Below, piece after piece: positions 49,009 through 63,077 of a DNA stretch of 64,000 bases. Origin of the DNA: Chrysomallon squamiferum. Its lineage: Eukaryota; Animalia; Mollusca. Location: assembly GCA_012295275.1 (NCBI GenBank), contig CM022669.1, positions 13,516,001 to 13,580,000 on the forward strand, written 5' to 3'. Both the position numbers and the translations under genes were made by a program. Positions within the stretch are counted from its first letter, which is position 1. Each line of letters begins with the position of its first letter. Under the pieces are notes generated by a model. The model saw nothing but the letters and a program-made list of their open reading frames with translations. It had not been told where the DNA came from and did not search any database.

Positions 49009-51628
49009 GATTTTGTTGTTGTTGTTGTTGCTGTTGTTTTTATTGTTACAAACTAAAACTGACGAAAGAACAATAACTAGTACACAACTTCAATGAATCA
49101 TTCCTTTAATCTTACTGACAGCATAAAGCAGTAACAAACACCTCAACCACACTTGTCAACAACAGTCAAATACAAGAAACGCAACAAGTTTAGAGTCACC
49201 GCCAACAAAACGAAGCACACATTCTCAATGAACCCTTTGTACCGAAGGACTCCAAATGACTTTTTTTTCTTTTCTTTAAAAAAAAAAAAATATAATCAGA
49301 ATCTCTACGCGTATCAGTACCATAACGCCTTGTGTGCAGAATTACACCAAGGGGCTCATTTACAAGACAAATCTGCTTCAGCTGAACACAGATTCCGATG
49401 GTTAAGTGCATTCTGTTTAATGCACAGATAAATTTAGCCGTTCTCCAAATACGCCTTGGTTTAATGACCAAGGGAAACATTATCTCATCTAATATCCCTA
49501 AATCTTAGTGCAGTGTTAGTTAAATAAATGCACGGTCAGGGTATTTATTTATTTTTATTTTTTTCTGTTCTCTCTGGACAAGCTGTAATATCCGTCGAAA
49601 TGAAGTATCACGGCTCGCCGAAACTAAAGCCTCGTTCTCGTTGTTATATTTTAGACTTGTGAGAGTTTTAACAGCTATTTGATATCCGGTATTTTCGTCT
49701 TAGTGCACACCTAGGAATTACACATATATTTCACAGATAAGATTAAAAAAGAAAACAGAGAAGACAAAAATTCTCACGATGTAGTGGGTACGAACTGTCT
49801 GATGTTTAAAATCATTACTTATTAAAGTGTAATACGGTAATAATTACATCTTTAGAGAAAAATGAATACAAGCGACAGAGTAGTAAGTATATATATATAC
49901 ACACAGACAGACAGATGGATAGATAGATAGATAGATAGACAGATCAATAGAGAGACATATAGAAGGAAAGACAGAATGAGAGAAATATAGAGAGAAAACG
50001 AGAAAAGAGAGAGAAAACCGGAGAGTCTAAAAGAAAAATTAGATAATCATTTATGAAATAAGTTCTTTCATTTTTTTCACAATACTTTTCAACACAATGT
50101 ACGTGCGAAATGTTTGAACAAAAAGCTAAATTCATCAAAGTTTGTTTGACAGTCATACGCTCGAAAGTTAGATTAAATTTTCTTGTAACCGAAATATTAA
50201 AAAAAAAAAAAAAATAATGGAATTTCTGTGTCGTAGATGTTAATATCAAATTATATTTGATCGAAAAACTTTCATCAGTATAAGGATTGGCATTTTTCGC
50301 GAACTGCGGGATTTTGGGTTAACGTTCTTTTACTAACTTTTGATTCCTAAACTGATTTTACTAAATTATTAAATTAACATGAATATTTTAAAATTCTTTC
50401 TATCAGTTGACAGCACAATCACTGTTTGTTCGTTTTTCTTTCTTTCTTGTTTACATTTTTTCTTTCTTTCTGCTAACAGCATGAATACAAAGGTCGTCTC
50501 ATTTCTGTGGTAACTGGGAGAAGAAATGATTCAAAATAATAATTAAACTTTATAAAATCTCAAAACAGAATATTTTTAAAGAAAATTTCATTAATCTGTA
50601 GAACTTCAAGAATGTTCTGAAAATATTTTAAAAAGAAGAAAAACGCAGGCTGATGTAGCATAAAATATAATTTGAAAAATAATAATAATAATAACAACAA
50701 CAACAACAACAACAATAATAATAATAATAATAATGTATGCTAAGAGGAGGAAACCCTGAAGCGCAATATCAGCGGCTTAAGTCCACTTTTCATCGGGTTT
50801 CAAGTAAAGAACAAAAATCTTACACGTTTGTAATCGGCTCAGCATAACAGAGGTTGGCCCAAGGGGTCTTATTTGAGCGAAACCTTGCAGTTCACTTCAT
50901 CTTAAAGTATTTGCTGGCAAACTTAAACTTTCATAAAAAAAAAAAGGAAAAAAAAGAAAAAAAAAAAGAACAAAAAGACTCACAAAATGGCGTAATTATT
51001 TATTTGTCGAAATTCAATCGGTTCTTAACTGTTTTTGATCTTCGGTCGCAGTCAGAACATGAAAGACAAAAACAATTGGAAATGCAATTTGTCGAGGAAA
51101 AACAAATGTAGTGAAGCGATGACATGAATGCTAACAGCCCCTCTCCACCGAGCGTGCTTCTTTAATTAGGAAATACAAAGTAATTTAAGAAGAATCAAAT
51201 CAGTTTATTTTCTCAGAGGATCAGTTAGTTACTTCCAGCGCACTCGCAAATAAATCTACAAAAAAGTCGATAGCATCGCTGGCGTTCTTTTGCAGTCTGC
51301 GTGGTCTTTTTCTTTCTTGTTCTCGTCAGGAATTTAGAGTCTAAAATAGCCACTTTGTAGAGCTTAGGCTGGGAATAATTAAAATGACCTACATGTAATA
51401 TGTAGTGAAAACACAGCTCAAAAGTCAGAGAGATCGAATGGCACAATATGCATTGTTACAGCTTTTTTGTTATCATTTCTTAAAGTGTCACGAAAGACTG
51501 AATGTAGCGATTTGTTAAGTTTTTTGTATTAGTAACCTTTTGCGTATATTAACAGTAGATATTTGTTATCTGTGTCTGTCTGTGTTCTCGCTGTCTGTCT
51601 ATATGCATATATGTACATACATGCATAC

Positions 51629-51689
<61 letters not shown>

Positions 51690-52379
51690 AAGACAAACGG
51701 AAAGAGAGAGAATATGTCATTAACATACACACTGAGAAAAAGAGATAGTCTTTTAAATGAAATACATATCTCTTTATCAGTGCAGACTGCTAATGCACTT
51801 GGGTTATTAATATATGTGAGTTCGAGATTAGTTTTCATTTGTTTTTGTTTTAAAGAAAGCACAAGAATGAAAATAAACTCACTGAAGAATTTCCTATTAA
51901 CGTCGCGCATTACGAAAACGGTAATAACTCCTGGCGAGGTTTCAAAAATCATGTTCAAAAGTGTTTCGCGGTGTCTGTGCGTGCTTCCGTCGGTCACTTT
52001 ATTAGGTTTTTGCCTGAAACCAGTTTTAAAGTCTGATTACATTACTGGAGCCTTTCTAAATTGGTTGTTATTGATTACACGTTTTATTCCAAGCATGTAC
52101 GTCTTCCCAGATTGAAAATAAACTTAGAAAAAAGTCCTACGGTAATGTTTCTAAAATGGCTTAATTAAGTAATACTGCCCGCTAGTTTATGCTGTAAATC
52201 GAAACACTAACAGAAAATGCAGCAACAACAACAACAACAACAACTTGAACAAAAGAAACCACGGATATTTCTCTTAAATCTGGATGTGTGTTAGTAAATA
52301 TAACAAATAATGCGATTATTTTTCAAAATCTGTTTAGTTTAATATTCTTCGATTCTTGGCTGAATTGGAAGTAACACCA

Positions 52380-53400
52380 TTGTAATGTAGTAATAATATC
52401 CTCGAAGTATAGCAGAAATAGCTTGAGACTTTCCAAAAATGTAACATTATAATAGTGTAGTTATAACAGCATCAGTGTAATTTTTCTAAGCTCTATTTTT
52501 ATTGTAATAACATCACTGTGATTTGCTAAACTGAATAATCATTGCTAGAGAAAGGTTATAATCTTATTAAACTGTAATATCACTGCAACAGAAACCAGTG
52601 CGATCTTGGCTGAAATAAATCATTATCCCAAAAGCATAATTTTAATCTTTGTAAGCTATATCTTCATCGCCATAGATCATTGATATTTTGTTTAACAACT
52701 ATCATGATGAGAATAGAAACAATGGAATCTTAAGAATAATAATTTTAAAAAAATTACATCTTTACAGCAGAATCAGCTTGCCATGCAAAAATATACCATC
52801 AATGAAATCTTTCTAAAGTATTTCTTTATAGTAAGGGTATCATCGGTATTTTGTTAATTGTGCCATCAATAGACATGAAACAATGGAATCTCAATAGTGT
52901 AGCTGTCTTTGCAATAGAACCAGCGTACTCAAGACTAAAATATTTCATTATCGCAACTGTTGCATAGTAATTTTTCCAAACTGCATTTTTCATCGTAATA
53001 GCATCACTGGTGTTTTGTTGATCTATGCCATTCTCAGAATAGAAACAATGCAAATTGTAGCATTATTCAAACAGAACCACAAGCATGCCTTGCGAAAATA
53101 TACCATCGTAATGGCATTGTTGTAATTTTCCTAATCTATATCTTTATCGTAAGTGATATTCTGTTTAACCTTTGCGGCATTCTAATAGAAATAATGGAAT
53201 GTTAATAAACTAATAGCATCTTTGCAACAGAACCATCAGTGCAAAAACTTCACTGTAATCGTTCTAGACTACATCTTTATCGTAATTCATATTTTGTTAA
53301 AACCATGCAATCTTTAGAACAGAAACAATAGAATCTTCATAAACAATAGTAGCACTGCAACAGGATCGCCAGCGTGCGTTGCAAAAATATACCGTCAGTA
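52380..53400. repeat. Degenerate tandem repeat (satellite-like), unit ~130-165 bp, about 5-6 copies
   Basis: Anchor (A)GAAACAATGGAATC and variants recur at ~52711, 52874, 53037, 53184 and 53317. Shared sub-motifs include GCAACAGAACC, AAAATATACCATC and ATCTTTATCGTAA. Confidence 0.7.
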
Positions 53401-54674
53401 CAAACGAATGACTGCAGTCATGTTAAACTAATTGTTCATCGTCAAGGAACGATTGCTTTTGGTCAGTTCATTTATTTAGTATTGACTTTCTAGCGTGGAT
53501 TTTATTACTGACCATTGAATAGATAAATAATATCAAGAGTTTACCCTGGCCTCTTGTGTTTTCCTTACCACCGTGATCTATGCTCATAATGATCGCTCTT
53601 ACAGACTCTGACCTATTAACTTATTAAAATGATAGTTCCACGGGGTATTCAGCTCTGCAAATAAATTAAATATGGTTAATAGCTGAGGATAACGATAAGA
53701 AAGATGAATTAAATGCATTTTGTTTAATACGTGAACGATAATATTCTACGAAAGTCGTTCGTTCCAAGTGATCTTTTAGATTCTCGTTTTGTCATGATCA
53801 AAGAAACGTCTTCCGAAAGCCGAAGGATGCGAAATAAACACGGATGTCTAAATAATTAAATAAATATATTCCACAATTCGTTTTACTGTTTATTTTGAAA
53901 CATTTTTTCGCTTATCTGATAAATAAAGCTAAACTACGTTTGTTTTACGTTCGTTTAAATAAACGTCTTACACAGAGCCAAAGTTTTCCAGAACTCTCAA
54001 GTCGATCGTGGACAATTTAAGCCGTGTTGACATATCTTGATTAATGTAAAGAGCATGAAAGCTCTTTGTAAAGGTTCGTCTTATACCAGAAATATCCTCG
54101 GCTGTGGTGCACGGTGGTGCTAAAGAATGACAGATCACTGACGCTATGGCTGAAAACGTCTAAACCAGGACCGAGGGATCTAGACAAATACCAGACGTAG
54201 AGCGAGAGAAGGATATATTAAGTTAAACACTTCACAAATAATTTAATCAGAGACTTAGCTGGCAGATAATGGAAATTACTTACCAGATATAATAGAGTGT
54301 TTAAAAAAAAAAAAAAAAAGTTTTTTTTTTTTTTTCTATATCTGACATACAAAACAAAATATTCATCAATATCAAAGGAAATCTTTTTTTTTTTTTTTTT
54401 TTTTAATAGAATGAACCAGACTAGAACAAAACCAAAACGAGACTGTTACGAATAAATGGCTTTTGTGTGCGAAACAACGCTTGAAACGTCATCACAGAAC
54501 AGTCATTCAGCATCGCCACCGAAGCAACGGAAATAATTCGACTATTAAAGGAAATATTTTAAGTTGATTTCTTAATTTGTCGGCTCTTTGAACCGATTGA
54601 CACTTAATAAACGTATATTTGTTAATAAAGGGAAAAATAAACGACCAACTGGTTCAGAGTTGTCTGTTTGAGTC

Positions 54675-54858
54675 GTGTTAATTGGCTTGACCCAGAGACT
54701 CCGACGCGGCATTTATATAATGTCCAGTTTATCTAGACAATACATCGCGAGCACTGTCGGCGAGTCAGTGGTCAGCGACGAGACAGTTTCGAGCTGGGTG
54801 CGTGTGTCCTTAGCTGAGCAGCACGCTGCGAAGTACGGTTTGGATTTTATTGCAGAAT
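54675..54858 (+). promoter_or_regulatory. Candidate core promoter and first exon of an unidentified plus-strand gene
   Basis: Inverted CCAAT (ATTGG, 54681), TATATAA (54714-54720), a CpG-rich ~140 bp stretch in an AT-rich background, then the strong donor AAT|GTGAGT at 54858/54859. Confidence 0.45.
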
Positions 54859-55390
54859 GTGAGTTACGTTTTACATAAAAAGAAACAGTGAGTTTTATAA
54901 CAGCAAATAAAGGAATACATGTTGTTCTGGATTTTTTTTTTTTTTTCTTTTCTTTTCTTTCTTTTTTGTTTAAAACATAAAAATTTGAAAAAAAAAAATT
55001 AAAAAAAAAAAAATCATTAAAAAACCCCAACTAAAACAAGAACAAAAAGAAAAAAACAAACAAACATTGAAATGAAAAGTAAATAATAATAACAAATAAA
55101 AAAAAAAAAAAAAAGAAAGAAACTAAAAAGAAAAACAAAACATCGCACAGTTTTAATAATTAAATGTCATTTTTAAGACTAAATTAGAACTATTTTTATT
55201 TCGACTGTTTCCAAAAAAAGAAGAAAAAAAAGAAGCTTTTTGAAGATACTTCTGTTATATGAAATAAAATCACAAGACTCAAGCGTTTATGTGTGTATGT
55301 TGTGAGTGTGTGTTTGTATGATTTTTTGTAATTGTCACAGAAAAATAGACGAACACATAGAGGGTAGATAAGGAGAGAAACAAAAGAAAG

Positions 55391-55474
<84 letters not shown>

Positions 55475-56038
55475 TTAGCGAGAGAATAAGAAAGCGAGAG
55501 AGAGACAGAGAAAGAGAGACGGACAAACAGAGAGAGAAGAAAGAGAAAGAGAGAGAAACAGAGGCGGACAGACAGACAAAGAGAAAGTGAGAGAGATATC
55601 ACCGACAGAAGAAGACATAAGACCTAAAAAAAAAAAAAAAAAGATTGATTTTGACAAAATTAATCCACTTTTTCAACGCGAGATCGTTCATCAGATTAAG
55701 TTCTTCGCTCGTTTGCGCTCACGCAACATTTTTCTTTTGTGCTGACCCCAATTTGTTTCAGTGCAGCTCTCACTCGACCCCTGTCTGTCCGGACGCTAAT
55801 TGCGTGTCATTCTGCAGGTTGGGGTTATTGAAAACACCGATACATGTGTGCGATACCTTCTGTAATAACAAACACATATCCGGACATGACAGTGCAAGGA
55901 AATAAATAAATACACCCAGCGTCCCTCATCGCGCTCAATCATGCTCATCTTTGTGACTGTTCATTTTTTTTTCGATTTTTTTTTTTTTTTTTTCTTCTAA
56001 ATTTACAATGATACATATAAGATAAACGTCTTATAAAC

Positions 56039-56040
<2 letters not shown>

Positions 56041-56109
<69 letters not shown>

Positions 56110-56431
56110 AAAAGAGACAGAGAAATAGAGAGTAAAAGGGATAATGATAGAGAAAGAGAAAGAAAGAGAAACAGAGAGAGAAAAAGATAGAGAGAGAGAT
56201 AGAGAGAAAGAAAGAAAGAGAGAGAGATACCAAAAGAGAGAGAGAGAAAGAGAGAATGACACAGAGAGAAGAGAGAGAGCGAGAGAGAAAGAGACAAAGA
56301 GAAAAAGAGAGAGAGAGAGAGAGACAGAGAAAGACAGAATGACAAAGAGAGAAGAGAGAGAGAGATAGAGAGAAAGAAAGAAAGAGAGATACCAAAAGAG
56401 AGAGAGAGTGTGTGAGAGAGAAAGAGAATGA

Positions 56432-56471
<40 letters not shown>
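56041..56471. repeat. Complex polypurine (GA-rich) repeat
   Basis: (GA)n ends with internal duplicated blocks (gagataccaaaagagag, gaatgaca..gagag). Confidence 0.85.
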
Positions 56472-56475
<4 letters not shown>

Positions 56476-57249
56476 GACCACATTTAACAAGCACGGTATT
56501 TAAGTGAGGATCACTATTATCAGACATTTGTCGATTTAAACAGGAAATTCCTCCAAGATCTGTCCTGCTGTGTAGAAAATAATTTCTGCGACTCTAACTG
56601 GAATTGTTATCTCTTTTGTGTCAGTAATCCTTCACTGATTGCGGTTTGAATACTCCCTGGTGTAGCAATTAGTTAACATTTTGCATCTGTGATCTTCCAC
56701 CAGAAAATTACTTCGCTAATAGTCCACTATACAAGTGACAAATTAGGAGATGCATGTTCGATTTAACACAAGCTGTTATTTGCGCCGGTAAAAGATATAT
56801 ATATATTTTTTTCATTAAATTTAATTTGTCTGAGTTTGGTGTGGAAGTCAAAATAAAGCTGCAAATGAAATATAATGGACGTGTGTATATTACAAAAAAA
56901 CGACATCTTTATCGTGTGACATTTTTTTGCAGTTATCATATACCAAAAAATGCATACACAATACATACATACAAACTAGAAGACATGCCTGCGTATAAAC
57001 GTATATTCATACAGACATACATACATAAACACACAAATACCTACCTATGTACGTGCATACCTACATTTATATATACATACATATACATTGACATACACTG
57101 ACATACACATACATACATCCATACCTCCATACATCCATCCATCCAAACGTACGTACATACATACGTACAAAAAAGAACGATGTGCTTCGGGGGAGTTATT
57201 ATTATCGTCGGTTACTGAGCAACCTTTCTTAAGATTGTCTTGATGAAAT

Positions 57250-57436
57250 GCGAGCCTTCGGAATGCGAGCGAATGAGAGCCATGCGTTCGAGTCTCGTCA
57301 GCGGCATCTGACGATTTTTGTGAAGTCGTGACTGGACTATGTCCTCCTGCGCCAGTGCGTTACCGAATGCTCTCTATGTGCAGTGTCTAATCAGACGTAC
57401 GTAATACAGAGAATATTCAAAATCCTAAAAATACAT
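57250..57436 (+). mobile_element. tRNA-derived SINE-like element, copy 1
   Basis: B-box-like GTTCGAG at 57286, followed by an AC/TACA-rich tail; aligns by eye with the reverse complement of 60636-60838. Confidence 0.65.
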
Positions 57437-58109
57437 TTATACATACACACACACACACACACATACATACACGCATGCATACTACAAACGTAACATATAT
57501 ACATAAGGCCTAAACCAAACGATTCAGACACATCTGTACTGAGATGTGCATCTTTTACTATACACTATGAACCTCAGCTCAAGTTCTTCAGAACAGCAGT
57601 GTAATTAAAACACATACATACATCGTGGCAAACAGCTAACTATAGAAGATGACTGCAAAACACTAGAGGCAATGACAGCGCGATGTACTGAAGACAGTGT
57701 CTAACCAAACACGACAGATGTGACTTCCAACAAACAGAAAGCATCAAAATAAAGGTGACAGTGATAGAGGTCTGTGTCCTATTAACGAAATTAAAGAGAC
57801 CCAGTGTATTTCTAAGCTAATTGTTTTGTACGAGTTAAGACGAAAATAGCTATCAAATTTTTAAATAGATTTTGAAAATGTCTTACCAGGCCTGCTCGAG
57901 TTCTCTTTGCAGTAATGAGTTTATTTAATAAAACACAAATAGGGTTTACAAGACAGTTAAACTAATAGTGTATGATAATTTTTTATTTGAATATATATCA
58001 TTTTGTTTTTGAAGATGGACGTTATTCGTGTGTGTGTGTGTGTTTATTTATGAATACACATGCACGCACACGCACACACACATACACACACACATACAGA
58101 CACACAAAG

Positions 58110-58435
58110 GCATACCAACCGAATAATGATTTTGAAAAACTAAATTCCTTATATTTTAAGACCAAAATCTCGTCACATGTGTAATAATACAATGACGTCA
58201 TAATACTGATTGTGACGACTTTCAAATCGCTTGCCAGCACTGGTAGATCAGCAAGGTTTAAAACTGAAACAACTCAGACAAAAAGAACGTAAGCTGTTTT
58301 AAACTATAGTGCTACTTGAGATAAACGAAACTGTTAATTTCTTTCTGCTTTATAGCTGTTAATGAATCTTACGATAAGCGGCAAAGAATATATATAATAT
58401 TTTAGTGAAACAGTCTGCGCTCTATTTTACAAATT
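58110..58435. repeat. Dispersed repeat copy (partner of 46635-46945); may extend left to ~57797
   Basis: Collinear reverse-complement similarity to 46635-46945. 57808-57885 also resembles the reverse complement of ~49660-49730. Confidence 0.6.
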
Positions 58436-59416
58436 AAATCGTCATATTAAACAAAGATGGGTGCATAAACAACACACAAATGTTCGAAGCGAGACAAATT
58501 AATTACGCATCTGATTTACGGCGATCACATAAAGACTTTTTGTTAATTCAGTCCGGCGATGAGATTAAGTGGTTATGGCGAAAATAACAATCCTATAACT
58601 TGGAAATTAATTCTGTGGGTTAAGGAATAACAAACACCTCTTTATTTATTCAATCGTGTTTCGAACGCTGCAATGAACCTATTACATGTCTCGCTGCAAT
58701 CATAACACGTAATAAAAAACACCACTCGGAAAATACAGTTGACTGTTGCATTCATCTCGATGATAAAACAACAAAAACACGGACAACAAAATTCTCGTAT
58801 TTCACGGCTGTGTTTGCGCTCTGTTTGTATTCGCTAATGTTATATGTGACGGTCGGACACAACGCTTTCTTTGAACTGGCCTTTGGTGGTGTGTGTTTGT
58901 AGGAGCCGCGGTTATCCATAAATCATCGACGTAAAATGTTGTTGACACCAGTTTATGATTTATGTACACCAAAGCACTGTTGATTTTTTTTTTTTTTTAC
59001 ACGAAGGCATCTACACAGACTGAGTGCCTAACACTGATGCTGGTATTAACCGTTGGAAGGGTCAGAAAATAGTTTTGCTTTTCTTTTGATATTTGTTTTT
59101 TCTTTTTTTCTTTTTGCGTATTGGTAAAAGAAGAAGAAGAAGAAGAAGAAGAAGAAGCCGACGAAAAAATAATATAATAGTAATGTAATAGCGTTAAATG
59201 ATTCCAGAAACGAGAGCGAGCGCTTTTTGAAGTGCTTTGCCGATTATCTTTTTGATGAATTTATAATTAAATTAATATATTTCTTTTAATTTTTTTTTTT
59301 TTTTTTAATATATTTTGCTTTTAAAAAATATTATAGAAATGATGATTAGAGAAAACATAAAATAGAATCACATTCCTATTTATATATGGGTTAGTAATAT
59401 CAAAAAAAAAAGAAAA

Positions 59417-59458
<42 letters not shown>

Positions 59459-60635
59459 AGAAAGAAAAGAGAAAAAAATTTAAAATGTAGTTTTGGAATG
59501 GATATAGGCTCAGTAACGTATATTTTTCCTCAGTTAACGGAGTGTTTTAGACACTATTAATTTTAAAACGAGTTTTTTTTCCTGATTTGCTTTTTCGATA
59601 ACTGCTCTTTAATCTGCTACTTTGCTGTTATAGATGAATTCAGTAAATGTGTTACTAAGTGAGCTACTTCGAGACCGGACTTTCTCTTAACATTATGTGT
59701 TAAATTACAATAAATATTCTCTGCATTAAACTGTAACAGTTTCATTTGCAGTCATCGTAAAGCAACGAGAAGAAATGTTTTAAAGTTCACTACAGGAATT
59801 TTCAGAATAGCTAAGTATACTAAAATGATAATAAATAGACAAATAAATAAATAATATGGTAGATATATATATTTAGATAGACAGATCATAGATAGACAGA
59901 CAGACAGACAGATAGATAGATAGGCAGACAGATAGATAGATAGATAGATGTTAAATAAGTAAATAAGTTAAGTATTCGTAAGAATGATAACAGATATTGA
60001 AAACCGATTTGAGTAGCCGATCTGCTGGAATTTAGTTTGCGAGTTCCTTCGAAAAAAAAACCTGTCATTTTAAAAGTCATTTTAAGCCATATTACTATTT
60101 CAATGAAATTACTATGCTACACCAGAACATAAACTGACTGTTCGACGTAATCTATAAAATGCATTTCTCTTGTTTGACCATGTAAACATATTCAGTTAAA
60201 TGTCTGTTACAATATATTCCAAGGAGGTATATTTATATTTTCAGGGTTAAAAATCGATCAAATAAATATTACAAACATGGTCGTAGGCAGGTTTGAAAGA
60301 AAATGTCAAGAATTTCTGAAGTAAAATCCATAACGCTACTTAAAAGTTTGTAGAATTGGCAGATTTTTACTTAGAAAGTCCTTAATGTTACATGATATTT
60401 AACACAGCAGTGCTTCTTTGTCGTTTTAAAGTATGCTGTAAAAATGTGGCAGACAAAATCAGTCAGATACTGTGTATCAAGTATTGTTATATTTAGCATA
60501 TACGTCTTTTAGCCATCAGTATTAATTATTTTTGTGTGTGTCTGTGTGTGTAAATGGGTGTACAGGAGGGCATGCTTGTGTACGTATATCTGTGTGTGTG
60601 TTTGTGTGTGTGTATAGGGGTGAATGTATTTAGGT

Positions 60636-60838
60636 ATGTATTTTAGGATTTGAATATTCTCTGTCTTATGTAAGTCTGATTTGACTCTGTATAGATATAA
60701 TTTGGAAACGCACTGGCGCAGAAGGACAAAGTTCAGTCATGACCTAACAAACCCCGTCAGATGCCGCTTACGAGACTCGAACGTATGATACCCATTCTCC
60801 CGCTCTTCAAAGGCTGACGACGTTATTGTTAGGCCATC
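60636..60838 (-). mobile_element. tRNA-derived SINE-like element, copy 2 (inverted relative to copy 1)
   Basis: Minus strand reads gaTGGCCTAAcaataacgtcgtcagcc...GTTCGAGtctcgtaagcggcatctgacg...ctgcgccagtgcgtt...acagagaatattcaaatcctaaaatacata, with A-box-like and B-box-like motifs. Confidence 0.65.
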
Positions 60839-61433
60839 AAAACAACCCAGTTTTTTTAATGTATATATTTATGTATGTATGTATGTATGTATGTATGTAT
60901 GTATGTATGTACGTACGTACGTATGTATGTATGTATAATTTAATTATTTTATGGCCCTGTTTATTCAGAATTCTTAATAATGTGCACCAAAAAGATACAG
61001 CACTGTCAAACAGATCGAAATATTTTATTCGCTGTAATTAATAAAAAGGTGAGTCAATAAAAATAATAAGAATAATAAAAATAAAACACTAATGCCATAA
61101 TTAAATAAAAAATGAGAAGAAACGAAGTGTTCGTCTAATTATTTAATATTCCGTGATTCAAAGACAAATAATTAGATTGTATTTTTATAATTACCTTTCT
61201 CATCTTTGATGTAATGATCAATATGTTTCAGAAATAGAGTTAAGTAAATTTTTATACATATATAATTACTCACAAGCAGAACATAATCAAATCAAATTTC
61301 TGTTTGGAAAGAACAGTTATTATTATTCTAAAAAATGAAATAATTTAATCTAGGTTACGATCTGCGTTTTATCCTCGTATAGAAAATGTTTAAGCTGTAA
61401 AAGTAACTATTTCTTAGAAAGCCAAATTGGAAG

Positions 61434-61484
<51 letters not shown>

Positions 61485-61589
61485 ATATATACTTGTATAT
61501 ATACGACTATTAAGAACTACCATTTCTACTACTACTAGTACTACTTGGTTTTACTTTTCTTCTTATGCTACTACTACTGCCATTATTTA

Positions 61590-61891
61590 CAGAGAGACGG
61601 CGAGAGACGGCAAGAGACAGACAGAGAGAAAGACAGAGAGAGAGAGAGTAAGAGAGAGAGATAGATTCAGAGAGATAGAGAGACAGGAAAAGAGAGAGAG
61701 AACGAGAGAGAGATAGAGAGAGAGAAAGATAGATAGATAGAGAGAAACAAAGAGACAGCAAAAGAAAGAGAGATAGAGAGAGAAACAGAGAGACAGCAAA
61801 AGAAAGAGAGAAAGAGAGATAGATAGAGAGAGAAACAGAGAGACAGCAAAAGAAAGAGAGAAAGAGATAGAAAGAGGAAAACAGAGACAGC

Positions 61892-61980
<89 letters not shown>
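61590..61980. repeat. Complex GA-rich repeat with repeated agagacagcaaaagaaagagag units
   Basis: Read directly from the sequence. Confidence 0.85.
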
Positions 61981-61984
<4 letters not shown>

Positions 61985-62377
61985 GTTTAAGGTACACGAA
62001 TAACATTAGCCAGTGGCAATTACATTGTTGCGCCTAGTAATTATCTCTTCACAATGTTCCAGCTTTCTCATGACGTTAATGATATTTAATTTTCTTTTCT
62101 CTTCTCTCTGTTTCTTGCTTAGTGCAAGTTCTATTTAATGCACATGTCGCTCACTTATGACGTTAACTGCATTAGTTGTAACTCATCAACACTTTGTCTG
62201 GCTTGCTTCATTTCCTTCTCGCTCTTGTACTGATACGTTCACACCTTCTGCCGTCTCTTAACTGCAGTCCTCATTCTTACACACTCCGTTCATGTATCGC
62301 TTGCTCTTCATTTTTACGTTTCTCCATTTATCAGTCTGCTTCTCTCTCTCTCTCTTATTAATTTAATCCCTCTGTTA

Positions 62378-62469
<92 letters not shown>

Positions 62470-62684
62470 ATGTCTGTTAATCATTTCGAAAATAATCTTC
62501 CTTATTCACCAAATTACTTAAATATCTGCGAAACTTTTATAAGAAGTCTCAGAAATATATGAGAATAGTTTTTTATTTCAGCCTATTATTATTATTATTT
62601 GTATTAAAATTATTATTATCATTATTATTATTACTATTCTTCTTCTTATTATTATTATTACTATTACTATTATTATTATTGTTA

Positions 62685-62740
<56 letters not shown>

Positions 62741-63037
62741 TGTCTTAAGAGAAAACAGAAAATGATTCATATCGCCACATCGAACTTGAAAGATGATTTT
62801 TGTTTTTCATTATGTGTACTGGTTTACCCTCTTTGAAGAAAATGATTAATAGTGATGACTGTGGGAAAGATATATACTTTTATTACTTTTTTTCTGGTAA
62901 AAATCAAACCGATAACTGTAAACGTTCATTCGGTAGGATAATAATTCTCAATTATGTAACAGACAGCGATTACATCGGCCATTCACATTCTGAGTAAGTC
63001 AAATTATGTTGAAATAATCCAGTGAAATTTATATAGG

Positions 63038-63077
<40 letters not shown>

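Noticed and set aside
51540-52115. 191-aa ORF in the gene-poor region
   Set aside because: It starts in a (TA)n repeat, has no recognisable motif and no consistent exon boundaries.
52380-53400. Regularly spaced motif resembling a CRISPR-like array
   Set aside because: The context is eukaryotic, the 'spacers' resemble each other (a tandem repeat), and there are no cas genes.
57250-57330. Possible tRNA gene (B-box GTTCGAG)
   Set aside because: No clean cloverleaf, and similarity to a second copy extends well past tRNA length, so it is SINE-like.
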